A DNA stretch of 56,609 nucleotides, counting the filler, from Sphacelaria rigidula (lineage: Eukaryota): assembly GCA_964200075.2 (NCBI GenBank). It is 6 parts of 6 records of this genome, joined end to end, with 100 filler letters (N's around TTAATTAATTAA, not from the genome) between each part and the next. Parts side by side here need not be neighbours in the genome. Positions count along the whole stretch, not along the records: positions 18,906 to 28,256 come from CAXNAA020008695.1; positions 28,357 to 37,707 come from CAXNAA020008696.1; 4 more parts are not named here. One strand, written 5' to 3'. Below the pieces are notes generated by a model. That model saw only the letters and a program-made list of their open reading frames with translations, was not told the DNA's origin and ran no database searches. Positions 24,209 through 36,432 of the stretch are shown here, piece after piece (positions within the stretch are counted from its first letter, which is position 1; each line of letters opens with the position of its first letter). A program made the translations under genes and the position numbers.

Positions 24209-27200
24209 CTGAATCTCGTATACATGTTTTTGCTCCGCCGCCACGATCCTCCAAGGCCCCGTCGACGTACTTACGAGTTTCGACGTTGTTCCTGAGCGCC
24301 TAACCCTCGCAGCCAACACATAATCACCCACCATGAAATGTCGTGACTATCCCTTACTGACAACACATCGTTCCAGTTCACAAGTTTTCTCAACACGCTG
24401 CGCCACCTCCTTGTGCAACTCTTGCTGCGCCTCCACGATTGATGCCACCTTCTCCCGCAGCATGTCTTCATCCAGCACATCAAGTCGCCATTCGCCGCCG
24501 GTCGACGATGCCAGGGTAAAACAACTCGTGCGCGGCGCACGTCCAAACATCACATGACATGGCGTACTGGCGTAGCGCTCGCGGAATGCCGTGTTCAACG
24601 CCCACTGCACGGCAGACACCAGTCCCACCTAGTCACGAACGTCGCGCCTCTCTTCTTGCAGCATGGCCTTCAGAGTACGGACAACCTTTCGCATCATCCT
24701 TTCACACGTACTACTTGACCATGGCGAGTTGGGAACCGAACTTTCTGTCCAACTTCAGGGCATTCTCCACTGCTCGCATCACACGGTTCTTGAAATGCGA
24801 TGCGGTGTCCCTAACACAAACCCCCGATGGACCCAAGGCCTTGCAACACGCCAACACATGCTGTACGGTCGCTACAGCTATACAGGACTCGGTGGGCTCC
24901 GATCACACGAAATTGCTCAGATCATCCACCATTACCAATATTAACTTGTACCCGTCGTCTTCATCCAGGCCGCTCTCGCCCAGCGGACCACTCTCGCCAA
25001 CGTGCAGAGAATCAAAATGCATCACCTCGCCGGCCCGTGTGCCATGCACTGTCTCCCCTAGTGGCCGCGGAACCGTCTCGCCCGCTTCCGAGTCCACACA
25101 ATGCAAGAAATTCCTAACAAAACCTGTGACGTGAGCTTCCTTTCGAAACCAACAACAGTACTCTTGCAGCCGCTGCAGTGTCGCCACAACACCCCGGTAG
25201 CCCGCCCCTTTCATGTGAGCACACGCCATCAAGCGTGTTTGCAGCTCTTTTGCATGCGGCGGGATCCACAACACACTTTGCCCTGCTACATGCACACGAA
25301 ATAAACCCTCACCGTCTTTCGAAACTCGCCCAACAGCTACTGCAAAAGAAGGGGCTCCAGCAACCATCACTCCGAACCCGGCTTGAGTCTGCTTTTGGGC
25401 CTTATGAATAGCGTCCTTCGATGGTATTGTCTCATCAGTCTAACCGCTTGCAAACACGGCCACAGCACGCACAGACACCACCGGAACGTTTACAGACCTT
25501 GACAGTAAATCCCCCCAGCAGTTGCGCTCACCAGCAATGTGCCTGATGGAGCATTCGTACTGCCCGAGCACAGCTTTCCATCGCTCGAGCCTTTGGGCAG
25601 CAGTCTTAGACACGGGTGCCACGCACGCCTCGGGGTTGAAAATGTATGCTAGGTTACGATGATCGGTGAAATATACACCGCACCTTATACTCCAACCTAC
25701 GGAACGAACCTGCGATTGCATAGCCTTCCTTGGTCACCGTAGCCCAACTAACCTGCACCCCACGAAATTTTTCCGCTGAGGAACCCCATCAGCTTACGGC
25801 TCATGTCTTCCACCACCAATGTACCACCCAGCTCATCCTCCGGCACCTGCGTAAGAACACTTCCCCGATGCAAATCCGATGTGTCTGGAAAGATGAGCAC
25901 CTCATACCCCTGCCTAGGATATGACAAAACGACGGCATGCGCCACCAAAGGTTGCACCTCGTGCCACGCCTGAGCACGCCCGGACGTCCTTGCAGACTCC
26001 TCGATTGTCTGGTTTGACGCCACTCGCTTGGTATGGCGCACGTTTCCCCGCATGTGCTCCTCAAGTAGTACACGCAGCGGCTCCACCACCTCCGCCAAAG
26101 GTGGCAGGGACGTTCTCAGCCACCTTACCGCCTGAAGACACTGCATAAGCTCGCCTGCTGTGCGCGGGCGCCTAGATTGGCCAGCCTGCTCAGTCCCTCG
26201 CGGTCATGAGCCACTTGACCACCTGAAAAGAACTTCCTGCACCACGTGATCTGCGTGTCGTAGAACATGCACTTGGGCGCAGCCGCGAATAGACCAGCGT
26301 TCTCTAAACGGTCCAAGATCGTGTCCAGTGTACACAATAGATCATCCTCGTCTTTTCTTCATCACAAGATATCATCTACCCATACTTAGCCCTGAAGTCC
26401 GGCCAATAACCCTGTCATGATGCCTTGGAAATACCCCGTAGTATTCAACACCCCTTGCTGCACCCGTGTGGGGGTAAGCAAACCTTCAGGAGTCGCGATC
26501 GTGCAAATTTCTTGTGTATCAGCCGCCAACGGCATCTGCCAGTAACCCTGCAGCATATCAATCTTGACACAACAAGTAGCTCCTAGCAGATCGACCATCT
26601 TCGCCTCGTGGTTAGGCATGACATTGGAGGCCTTCTCAATCTACTTCTTTACCGCGCAATAATCACTCACCAATCGATAACCGCCCTTCTTCGGCGTCGC
26701 CATAGCCGCACTCGCCCACACTACCTGTAAGCTGCGAAATACGACCCCAAGCGCCAGCAGCGTTGCCATGCACCATGCTAACCACACCGTATTTACAGGG
26801 GAATACACCCGCGGGCTCGCCTTGACTGCTTTAGCCCCGGGTTTGAATCGTACCTATAATGGCTCTACACGAGCTGGCGGATCACCGCGCGGTGCTCGCC
26901 GAAAAGGGTTGACACAGCGCCCGACAACCTCCCGAAGCTTACCAACTACAGTCGCCGACATACCCTTATCCACGGCCGCCTGTACCGCATGATCCAGTGC
27001 AACACGACGCTCTGGCAGCTTTTCCTCTGGAGTCATCTTCATCTCGGGACCACGCGACATCAATCGTTCAACGAAGGGATCCACAGGCTCCTTTTGTCCA
27101 CCTGGATCCTGTAACGCCTCAATCGCAATGCTCACACGCCTACATTCTCGGGATTCAGGCGTATCCACACCTCTCACCAACGCGTGTCTCGAGCTTGCGC

Positions 27201-27636
27201 ATGCGTCCAGTCCATTGTACACGTCAGTGCCCATGCTTTCCAGCGTACCGCTCCCGATGATCACCACATCACCGGCACCTGGCATAACCGCATAATGGCA
27301 CGGGTCCAACACCACCGGCCCCCAGCTAGTGTGCAGAGCAGTGCGCACGAGGCACGTCTTCGACTACATAGTCCGTATATTACCATAGGATAGTTTCACC
27401 GGGTGTGCACGAGCCATGCTCGTGACAACATGCATATCAGGAAACACTGCTTGCAACTGGGCCGCCACTTTTCCAGACATGATAGTGATGCCAGCCCCTG
27501 AATCCAAAACGGCAGTGACAGGGCAAGCGTTCTTGGCTGCGCAACCAGGAACAGATACGTCTGCCCGGCAGCATCGCTGCTTGCTGTCAACTACCACACC
27601 CTCAGCCTGTAAATCTGCAACCTCAGCGGTGTGCAA
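24209..27636 (-). mobile_element. Degenerate Ty3/Gypsy pol (family A): protease, RT, RNase H, integrase
   Basis: Protease AVLDSGAG; RT KIDMLQGYWQMPL and VWVDDI; RNase H IFPDTSD..FTDHRNL; integrase CAH..G.RG..CVD, MHFDSL, VMVDDLSNF. The PR-RT-RH-IN order is Gypsy-type. Many stops and frameshifts. Similarity ends after HVYEIQ at 24209. Confidence 0.92.
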
Positions 27637-27639
27637 GTC

Positions 27640-27770
27640 CCGCCATACTTGAGAAATTCATTCACTATTCCGCCTGCCCCTACTGCCTTTCTGTTCTTGA
27701 GTGTAGCTACGCACTCCTTTACTTCATCTCTAGTAAACTCCCTCTGCAATTCTTTCGTCCACTCCTGTGC
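27640..27770 (-). mobile_element. Non-LTR (LINE) ORF2 fragment from the region just before the RT core
   Basis: ELQREFTRDEVKECVATLKNRKAVGAGGIVNEFLKYGG matches the LINE pattern FT..EV......LK..KA.G.D.I..E.LK.GG. Confidence 0.75.
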
Positions 27771-28076
27771 CGGTCCCGCCGGCAGTGAGGGTCGAGCTGC
27801 AGGAGCTGGAGCAGAATGCTGGGGCGACAACATGCTATCCGCACTGTTAGCACCCCCTTGCGTTCCATCTCCTGGGAAAACAGCCCGTGTGGGAGCATGA
27901 CCTTTACTACCCCCCGCTGACCATGACCGGAAGGGGAAGGAGAGGGGGCACCGAAACACGTAAACAAAGACCAAACGGGCGAAGGGCAGAACAATCAAGC
28001 AAGGGAAAATACATGCACGAGACACGGGAGGAGGATAGGAGACAACAAGAGAGCCGATAATGATTCGGAAAGGAAG

Positions 28077-28256
28077 TTGAGAATAGGATCGTGGAACTTG
28101 TGTGGATTCGCCACAGAAAAGCGCAAACGAAAAGATATAGCGCAACAGGTGAGTAAACACGAACTAGATATCGTAGGGATCCAAGAGTCGTGGGAGAAAG
28201 AGGAGGTAGAAATAGGATGCAAAATTGAAGAGTACGCATGGATAGGGAAAAAGCGG
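28077..28256 (+). mobile_element. LINE apurinic-like endonuclease N-terminus, truncated by the contig end
   Basis: RIGSWNLCG...DIVGIQESW are the first two conserved APE/EEP endonuclease motifs. Confidence 0.8.
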
Positions 28257-28356
28257 NNNNNNNNNNNNNNNNNNNNNNNNNNNNNNNNNNNNNNNNNNNN
28301 TTAATTAATTAANNNNNNNNNNNNNNNNNNNNNNNNNNNNNNNNNNNNNNNNNNNN
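28257..28356. other. Artificial contig spacer
   Basis: 44 N + TTAATTAATTAA + 44 N. Confidence 0.98.
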
Positions 28357-28488
28357 CCGAAAAGAGTTACCCGACTGCCGGTACCGGTTCTCTGTAAGCC
28401 TCCCGTACCGTACCCGACAGTTCTGTAAACTCTGTACGGAATCTCATACCCTACAGAACATACCCGTACCTTACAGAACACAACCTCG
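28357..28488. mobile_element. MITE family A, right end, truncated by the contig start
   Basis: Ends in CCGTACCTTACAGAACACAACCTCG, matching the family TIR. Confidence 0.85.
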
Positions 28489-29921
28489 GACGTTTTCGCT
28501 TCGAAGGTGTTCAGTCGTGGAATCGGTATCATTTCACTTGAAGCGTTTCTGCGTAATCCATACTAAGAACCCTCGCGGTTAAAGGGTTTAACATTTCGAA
28601 CAGTTGAATAGTCGTTAGAAATATAATCCGGAATCAAACATCAACACTCCACTTTTTAGAATCGCGACATGTACATATTACAAATGGTCCATTTCTCTTG
28701 TGTCAGTTCCCTAGTGCAGCACGTCGCGTTTATGTCATGACTATAATCATGGGCATGTTTTACAATATACAACAACTTTTGGCAAAAACAGATATACATG
28801 AGTAAAAGTTCAAGGGGTGAAAACACACAGCCGATAGGATGATACTCGGAGGTAAACTCTCTGTAGTGCACTAGCCAGGCGCCGACTTTTTGCTGAATCT
28901 TCCTGCATTAGTTCAACAAAGAACACGCCGTGCAAAATCGCAAAATACCTTGCTGTACTGCGTCGTACTGTGCATGAAGCATGAGAGTACTGGCCGTTTG
29001 CACCCGCTCCACTTTTCGAATTTGCAACACGCCTCAAGCATGCTTTGGTACAATTCGTACATTTCGTACAGGACACACCTTACAGCCTCCTGTCACGTGT
29101 AGATGCTCCGGAAGCCGTGTTGTGCTCTCTACGCGCCCAGTGCCATCAGCCAATTCAACAGCAAGTTTTCGGTTTAGGTTGGACATCTCTTGTTCATCAC
29201 ATGATGTCCATACTGAGGGCCTGTCTTAGCCCATCATTTTCTTTATCGAAAGAGTGCGGTGGAAAAGGAAACTTTCGAACTGATGGATTATGATTTCAAC
29301 ATAAATATGACGATAGCTGGCATCACAGTATATCAGATCGAAAGTTTCCTCGTCCACCGCACATTTTTGATCGAAAAGTAATGTCATGCGGTTGCGGGCA
29401 CGTCCACCCCGGGCTGTCGAAAGTGATCGTCGGATTAGAGGGCGAGTGCGTAATACGTTACACGTACCCCGTGGTACCTGCACTTGTTGCGGGTGTGCGA
29501 TCTAGTGCACCGTTCGCGCAGAGACAAAGGAGTCGTCGAGTATGCAAGCAAGCGATATTGGTATCCTCAAATCCCCTCTGCGACGAAAACACGGCTTCGG
29601 ACTGAGAAAAGGTATACCTTCGCTCATTGTACCTAACAACGATTCAATATTTGTACAATTATGCAGAATCGGTAAAAAAGGGCAAAGGCATCGTTTTCAT
29701 TCGGAATTCTTGCAACACATCTATCGGGGATACATGTACCACCCATGTCGACGAAAAAGGGAATAACGCATCGTATCCTCGCCTCGTACAGTACGGTCGT
29801 GCGCGAAAAACGAGTCGTCCTGTCCGTCGCTGTGCGGTCTTTGGGCCAAAAACGCTCACGGTACGACGGAAGCAGTTATTTCTTTCGACAGGTATATTTT
29901 CGAGCCACCCCCTAGGACCTA

Positions 29922-30244
29922 GTTCAAGAACGGCAAAGCAGAGAGTGAGAATTCTGATTCCGCGGTTGCGCATGGGTGTGGACGGTGCGTATGGCGAGCG
30001 TGCGCTATAGCTTAGAAGGTACGAGAGTAGTTCAACATGCCCTTTCAAGGTCCCAGGGGCGGGGGGGGGGGAGGCGTACTCAAGCATTTGTCAAATGAGT
30101 ATGCCCCCGCTAGAACCGTGAAAGGGCATGTTGGACTACCCTCGTACCTCCCAAGCTACAGCGCACGCTCGCCACAAGCACCGCCCACACCCATGCGCAA
30201 CCGCAGAATCGGGATTCTTACGCTCTGCTTTGCCGTTCTCGAAC
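29922..30244. repeat. Long imperfect palindrome with about 160-bp arms and almost no spacer
   Basis: GAACGGCAAAGCAGAG..GCGGTTGCGCATGGGTGTGG..CAACATGCCCTTTCA is mirrored by TGAAAGGGCATGTTG..CCACACCCATGCGCAACCGC..CTCTGCTTTGCCGTTC. Centre CATTTG-T-CAAATG. Confidence 0.85.
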
Positions 30245-33200
30245 GCAAGCATCAAACCCCGCGAAACACGGCGACGGCCCCGAGAACGATTTCCGAATTC
30301 CCAGTCTATCCGCAATCCGCACCGAAGGACTGCACCTCAACAACCTGCCCCGTCTCCCTTGCCCAACCAAAACGTTTCAAAACTTTCCTATATTCGCGTC
30401 AAAACAATGGGCGATGCTGTGATGTTTGTATGATCACAAGTCCCTGTTTCGGAATACAATGCGCCTCTACTTCCGACGACCCCAGTCGAAACAGCAGCTG
30501 AAAGCAACAGATGGAGTTCGGCACCGGAAAAGTAGCACCTCTTGTTTTCGATGTACACACGATGGTACCGAACAACAAGAACCGGGCACGAGTGCCAACG
30601 AGAGAGGCAATGTGCGCCAAAGCCCTCAGAAAGCTAAGCAGGCAAAAAGCCCCACGGCGGACAGTAGCTCATGGAGGCGAAGAAGCAGGCTGCTCGTGTT
30701 GTCAATGGCAAACGCTCACGATGTGCAATGGACATACACCATGTAGAGCTAACCAGAGCCAACAAGGTGCAATACGTCGCCTCATGTACAATAGGGAGCT
30801 ACACACAGAGCACTAAAAGCGCGAGACTGCCGTCATTTTGGCTGGCTAATTAAGTTCTTGGAACCGACTGGCCTGTGCTAAAGTTGTTGCCTCAAAGAAA
30901 CGAAGAATAGGTTGGCCACTTGTAGTGCCAGGAGTGGGCACGATTGTACAGGCAACATCGTAGGGACACCAATGCACAGCGCTGGACAGCAGCAGCATCA
31001 GCACCGTCGCAATAGCTGCGAGGATTTCAAGAGGAAATGGCAGCACGCAAGAGCGTCAACCACCTAGCGATGGACGGACGTCTGCAACAAATGGTGTTCC
31101 GTGCGTTGGCTAGGGCGCATAGATGCTGATCGTGGTTGCGCTGCTGCAGCTCTTGTAATCGACGGCGCTGATGGCGCGTTGTGCACGGTTTCTTTTCATG
31201 TCCTCTTTTTCATTGGGCAGACCCCTTCGTCGCTAGCTGCTGGCCGGTATCAGCGGTGCTGAATTCATCATTGCGCGCGGTCATCACATCGTGTTTCTTA
31301 CCGCCGTGAAATTCAAGATTTCTGCTTGGTTGTGAATGTTGAACGTCCTGGTATATCCTTGCATGGACGAGCAGTTTCTTTGCAATCCACAACCATACAA
31401 TACCCTTCTCCGACCATATTCCACGTTCTCGGGCACTTGACTGATTCGGGTAATAGAAAAGAAATAATGCTCGTGGACATATGATTCCAGCCCTTAAAAA
31501 TAGCTTGCATTCGTTTCCCAGCTGAAAAATCGTGGCTCGCGAATAATCCTATATTTGCCTTTTCCCGGAGAGATTCCGACACCTTGTTGAGATTACCTGC
31601 TTCAAGAGTACATTTAGAACCCACAACCTGTTACAACGATCCCCCCTCGCGCTTGTATACTGCAAAGCCAAAGTCCTCAACTTCTGCGGGTCTCAACGGC
31701 TATTTCTGAAGAGCTGCCGAAATGGTGGAAAATTGCAGCGGGTTCTCGGGAGTTCGGTCAAGTGATCCAGTTGGACGCACTGAAGCGTAGGTGCCGTAGA
31801 GGCCCACTGCTTGTAGAAGGAGTAGACTAAAAGCGAGATTTCGGGCGTCACTATGGCCTACTGTGAGTTTAGCATCGACGTATGCTTCGTGGGAGAGGTC
31901 GTCTCACAGGCGGACGTTTGTGGACTGTTCCTTTCTCTTTTTGCCTCCGAAACTTGAAGGTCGAGAAACGGTCAAAAATACCGGTTTTATCGGCCGTTAT
32001 TTTTGCGTCCCTTAAGCGTCCGATGGACTGCAGATTTGCGTCATGGTTCAAGATACAGCTCGAAAACTAAGTAAGACTCTCGCAAAATACATGCAACGGC
32101 ACCGAGCATAACGTGACGCACTGTACTCATGGCACGGACGGAGCATCTATACCCATGACATACGCGCTCTGGGCTCTATGCTCTGGGGTCTGCGCGAGTC
32201 TCGCACACACTCGTCGCACACACAAAGCCAGGACAACCAAGGTCCGTGGTTCCCCGATGCAGTTGTTCCACCTACCTGAGATTTCTGTTGAGAAAACTGT
32301 GCACATCGCCGAAATGAGTGCGCAGGCGAATTTGTAATCCCACTTGCGAATGACTCCCATTGATATCAACACATGGGTCGGCGGACTGACTACGCCAACC
32401 AAAAGTGGAGGAACAACAGTTCTACTTGGTTCGGATTCGGGTGTGGGGGTACACAACGAAACAAGGGCACCCAGGAGTTTTCACCCGACTCAACGCGCGA
32501 GACACCCCGAAGTATTTGCTACAAAACACAGTAAATATCAACGAGGAAAGCTGGAGCACCTCATGATCTTCCCGTCCAGGAGCAAAGACCGACGCCAGCA
32601 GCCCCGTGAAGGAAGGAGACTTGTGCGTGAGGCCCACCTGCTCGCAGAGTCGCGCCAAGCGGAATGAGGGAAACTTATGGATGAAACCGTATTCGAAAGA
32701 AATGCCGAGCATCGACTGCAGAGCAACACTATCAATAGAACAAGAACAAAGGCCTTCAAATCATGGAAAGTGCACCACAGATCAAGGCCGCTGCTGCCTC
32801 CCGTGGGACAGAAACACGTCCTCGGAGTTCGTATGGAGGGTATGGGGTAGCTAGCCTGAGGAACAAAGCAAGAATCGGATCGACGACCGGATGGACGGCT
32901 ATCTTACCCTCGGTGTGCGTACGGCACCATTCGTCCGGCAAACTAAACTGCGACTGAATCCGTCTTGACCTTTTGGCGCTCCCTGCCGCGAAACGAGCTG
33001 CAAATTTCTTCGTGCAGTATATTCCAAGCTCATTTTCCTAAATAAATTGGGTACTACAATAAATGGCCGCGATCAGCGGACGCAGGTTTCCGCCACCAGA
33101 CTCAATTTTGCGTGCAATAGAGCCTTAGTGCCTCCACGAGGTCACATCAGTTATGAGAAGGTATATAAAACACCGTTACAAAAATGTGTACAATAACAAG

Positions 33201-33972
33201 AGGAGAGATATATCACCTCGAGCATCTAATGACACCCCTTTTTCATCAGCGACAACGACAGAAAATTTCACTTGATCGGGACCGCAAGGCCCCGGGCCCA
33301 AATCTCGCCTCGGCTACTGCGATGAATGAGGCTGAAGACGACACCTGTAAGTTTACCCTGTCATCGCTCATTATTTTTTATTCCGAGATTTTCTTCGCCG
33401 ACCGTCCTGCGAGTTTTTGCAGGATGACTTTATCTGCGTAGATGGACGCTCGGGGAACATCGGCGCTTGGGCAGGAGTATATGCAGAAGTAGAGGTTGTA
33501 GCCAATAGCCGCGCGGTAGCATTTCGCCATGGTTCAGGGTGAGGGTGCACGCTTGAATCTGTATTGATGCATCCTCGTGTACTACGTGCTGACATTGTCG
33601 GTCATACACGGCCATATGCACAGCTGGCGCCGAAGGATACGGCGCGGACCTGATGAATATCCCTTTCGTCCAAAGAAAGTAAGATGCTGCTTAAGGTGGT
33701 CTGTGCATAAACGAAGATGACGCACGACATGCTTGCAGAAACATCAGGGAAAATGGTGTGCAAGTTACCTGAAGAACCCTCTTTTAGGTAACGAGCGACA
33801 TATTCACTCGTAATGAGGTAGCAGTCTACTGGGGTAACGCTTGTTTCTGTGTGTGACTCTATAGATTTACGTGATGTGTGGGCACAAGAGTAACAGATTA
33901 CATTATGCCGGGTTGTGCTGCTGAATATCGCAAGAATGTAGGTCAGGGCACCCCTTGGCATTAACTACGCAT

Positions 33973-34382
33973 CAGGGTTAAAAAAAACTCCGCAGGCTTC
34001 GTCTGCGCTTGCGCAGGCGGGAGCCGAAGGCGACATGCGGCCCCCCGCAGGGGGCCCCCGGGAGGACGCCGGCCGAGTAGGACCCCTCCGGATGGGCCCC
34101 ACGGAGCGAACATGTTTTGGGTTTTCCTTCCAAAAAGCCGCCTAGATTTTGTCAAAATGGGGCCATTTCAACGGTATGAGCCTCGCGGCGAAAACAAAAA
34201 AAAATCGCCTCCGGCGAAAAGAAGAGGGCCGCAGATTTTGTTTTGCCTCCGCCGAAAAAAGTGCGGCTCAAATTTTTTCTTTGCGGCAAGCCGCAGAGAG
34301 AAACTCCCAACAGCTGCGCATCGCCCACTTTTCCCCAATAATCTGCGCCAGCGGAGGCCCGCGTGGAGTTTTTCTAACCCTG
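33973..34382. mobile_element. hAT-like MITE
   Basis: TIR CAGGGTTAAAAAAAACTCC / GGAGTTTTTCTAACCCTG. Flanks CTACGCAT / CTGCGCAT are a 7/8 match for an 8-bp TSD. Confidence 0.8.
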
Positions 34383-35172
34383 CTGCGCATTGTGCCTTCG
34401 CTCCGACCCCAGTACAGAAGTCGAAATGAATCAGTCGGTTCTTGTTGTTTTCGCGCACCTCTTTTGCGGTACATCCGAGACGTGAGATACCGAATGAACC
34501 ACGGAGGGTTGAATCGCCTGTGCGTTTGCGCCGACCTCTGTGAAGAAATCGAATGCGATCATCCTATGGTTGCTTATTTAGCGCACCCCTGTGCGTTCGC
34601 TCCGCACTGTACCAGAACCCCTGCCCGTGCCCTGACGCGCATCCTTACGGTAGTCTACGTCACGAGAACTTATTGTAGAGTAGCGGGTGTGTCATTATCT
34701 TCAGTTTGTACCGCATTTTCGCCGTTTTTTTGGCATTCAAGGGCGGGGACTGAACAAGAACGTTTCCAACCACGTAGCCAGCACCTCCCTGGATGAGTAG
34801 CGGGAAGGTTTGCCTCTATCGTATGCAAATAAGAGCAAAAAAACGTATTGGGAGCAGGCCTCCGTCAACATCCAGTTGAAAAAAAAACTGTAATTTCCCA
34901 CCGGAAAAAATGAGTGTCCAATGACTTTTCCCCCACGTTCCCACTGTACTCCCGTTACCTCTTCTGCGGTTGCACACCATGCAACTAGCAGCGCGGTCCA
35001 TAGCTCATCCTTACAAGGGAGACTTGCGAGGTTGGCTGACACGTATATTTTGTTGTTTTGTAAATGCAACAGCGGCAGTAACACTGTGAGTATAGCTTCA
35101 GTATCCACGGACGGTATCGCGGTGTTTTTTCTTTTCTTGGTCTCGCTACAGAGCAGTACAGCACAGCACATA

Positions 35173-35665
35173 CTTCCTCTGTCCCACAAGTAAAGGTACC
35201 TAAATTTGTACGGGCCCTTAACGATGTCCGTTTTTTTTTTTTCAATGAACTCTGCGGTGTTTTTTGTGTCAAGAAAATGTGTTTCAAATTCGCAACTCGT
35301 GCTTGAACCGTGCCGCCGAACGGCTGCAAAAAAGGTAGTCGGGTCAAAAATGGCCGTTTTTTGCCCCTTTACGAGGGGAAAAAATGTGTCGAAAAAATAT
35401 ATTGAATTATTTTGATCGCCCCCGCCTTCACTGGGGCTTGCTGCCAGGAAGTCCCACGCGATTTTAAAAAAAATCGAAAAACGGCCATTTTTGCGCCGAC
35501 TACTTTTTTGCAGCCGTTCCGCGGCATGGTTCAAGAAGGAGCTGCAAATTTTTCAAAAAATTTTCTTGACCCAAAAAACACCGTAGAGTTCATTAAAAAA
35601 AAAAAAACGGACATCGTTAAGGGCCCGTACAAATTTAGGTACCTTTACTTATGGGACAGAGGGAG
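35173..35665. mobile_element. Stowaway-like (Tc1/mariner) MITE with about 190-bp inverted arms
   Basis: Ends TA|CTTCCTCTGTCCCA and TGGGACAGAGGGAG|CA resemble Stowaway CTCCCTCCRT termini with a TA TSD (the right one mutated). Arms include a perfect block AAGTAAAGGTACCTAAATTTGTACGGGCCCTTAACGATGTCCGTTTT. Confidence 0.85.
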
Positions 35666-36179
35666 CAATAGAACTTGTACAGACGGTACAAATGTATAGT
35701 ACGGCATACAGCTGGTACAGGCGGTGTAACGACAGACTTCGCACCGTCTCAGCAGCGTAGTGCACACAAATTGCTGTACCCTCTGCGATGATGTACGGAT
35801 TCATCTCACACTGGGCCTGACATTGCCACCTCGGCTAGGGAGAGCCTTGGGGCTATTGCACGATGGTCGTGGACATCAATGTTGTTCTGAGCTTCTCGAA
35901 CCCCGAATGTGAGCACAGGCGATATTTTCCGGTTTTCCCTTCGCCAACGAACGCCACTCGGTATCCAACTGCATCTATGAGTCTATTTTGTTGCTTAGAT
36001 CCAGAGCTCGTTGCTTCGTACATATCGTGATAAAGCATGGATGAAATAACCAGAACGCATAGCTACTAGACACGAGATTTTTCCAGTAAAACTGGTCTTG
36101 GTCACTGAGACCTCTCCGTTGTGAAGCTATCACCTCTCAGCTGCGGGCACTTTGCGCAATTCTTTTAACGTTGTATGCG

Positions 36180-36432
36180 TTTTCCAAACCTCCGGATAAA
36201 ATAGCCCAATACCATTTTGCATCACCAACACCAAGCGTAGACAGGAAAAGGCTGCCATTTTAAACTTCAATTGCTGAGTTCATGCAGCGTTGATTCGAAC
36301 GCTGTGTGCTTTTTCCCAACCTCCCGATGAAACAGCCCTATACATTTTTGCATCACCTTAACCAAGCGTAGACAGGAAAAGGCTGTCATTTTGAACTTCG
36401 ATTGCTGAGTTCATGCAGCGTTGATTCAAACG
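36180..36432 (+). repeat. Direct tandem duplication, two units of about 130 bp
   Basis: ACCAAGCGTAGACAGGAAAAGGCTG..TTGCTGAGTTCATGCAGCGTTGATTC occurs twice (about 36180-36301 and 36311-36432). Confidence 0.9.

Noticed and set aside
32538..32759. ORF resembling a signal peptide plus SAF plastid-targeting motif
   Set aside because: It starts at TTG with no in-frame ATG before the upstream stop. The hydrophobic run is more simply a T-rich splice-acceptor tract.
34149..35699. 215-aa and 265-aa ORFs
   Set aside because: They run through MITE arms and homopolymer runs. The mirrored peptides on both strands reflect the inverted repeat.
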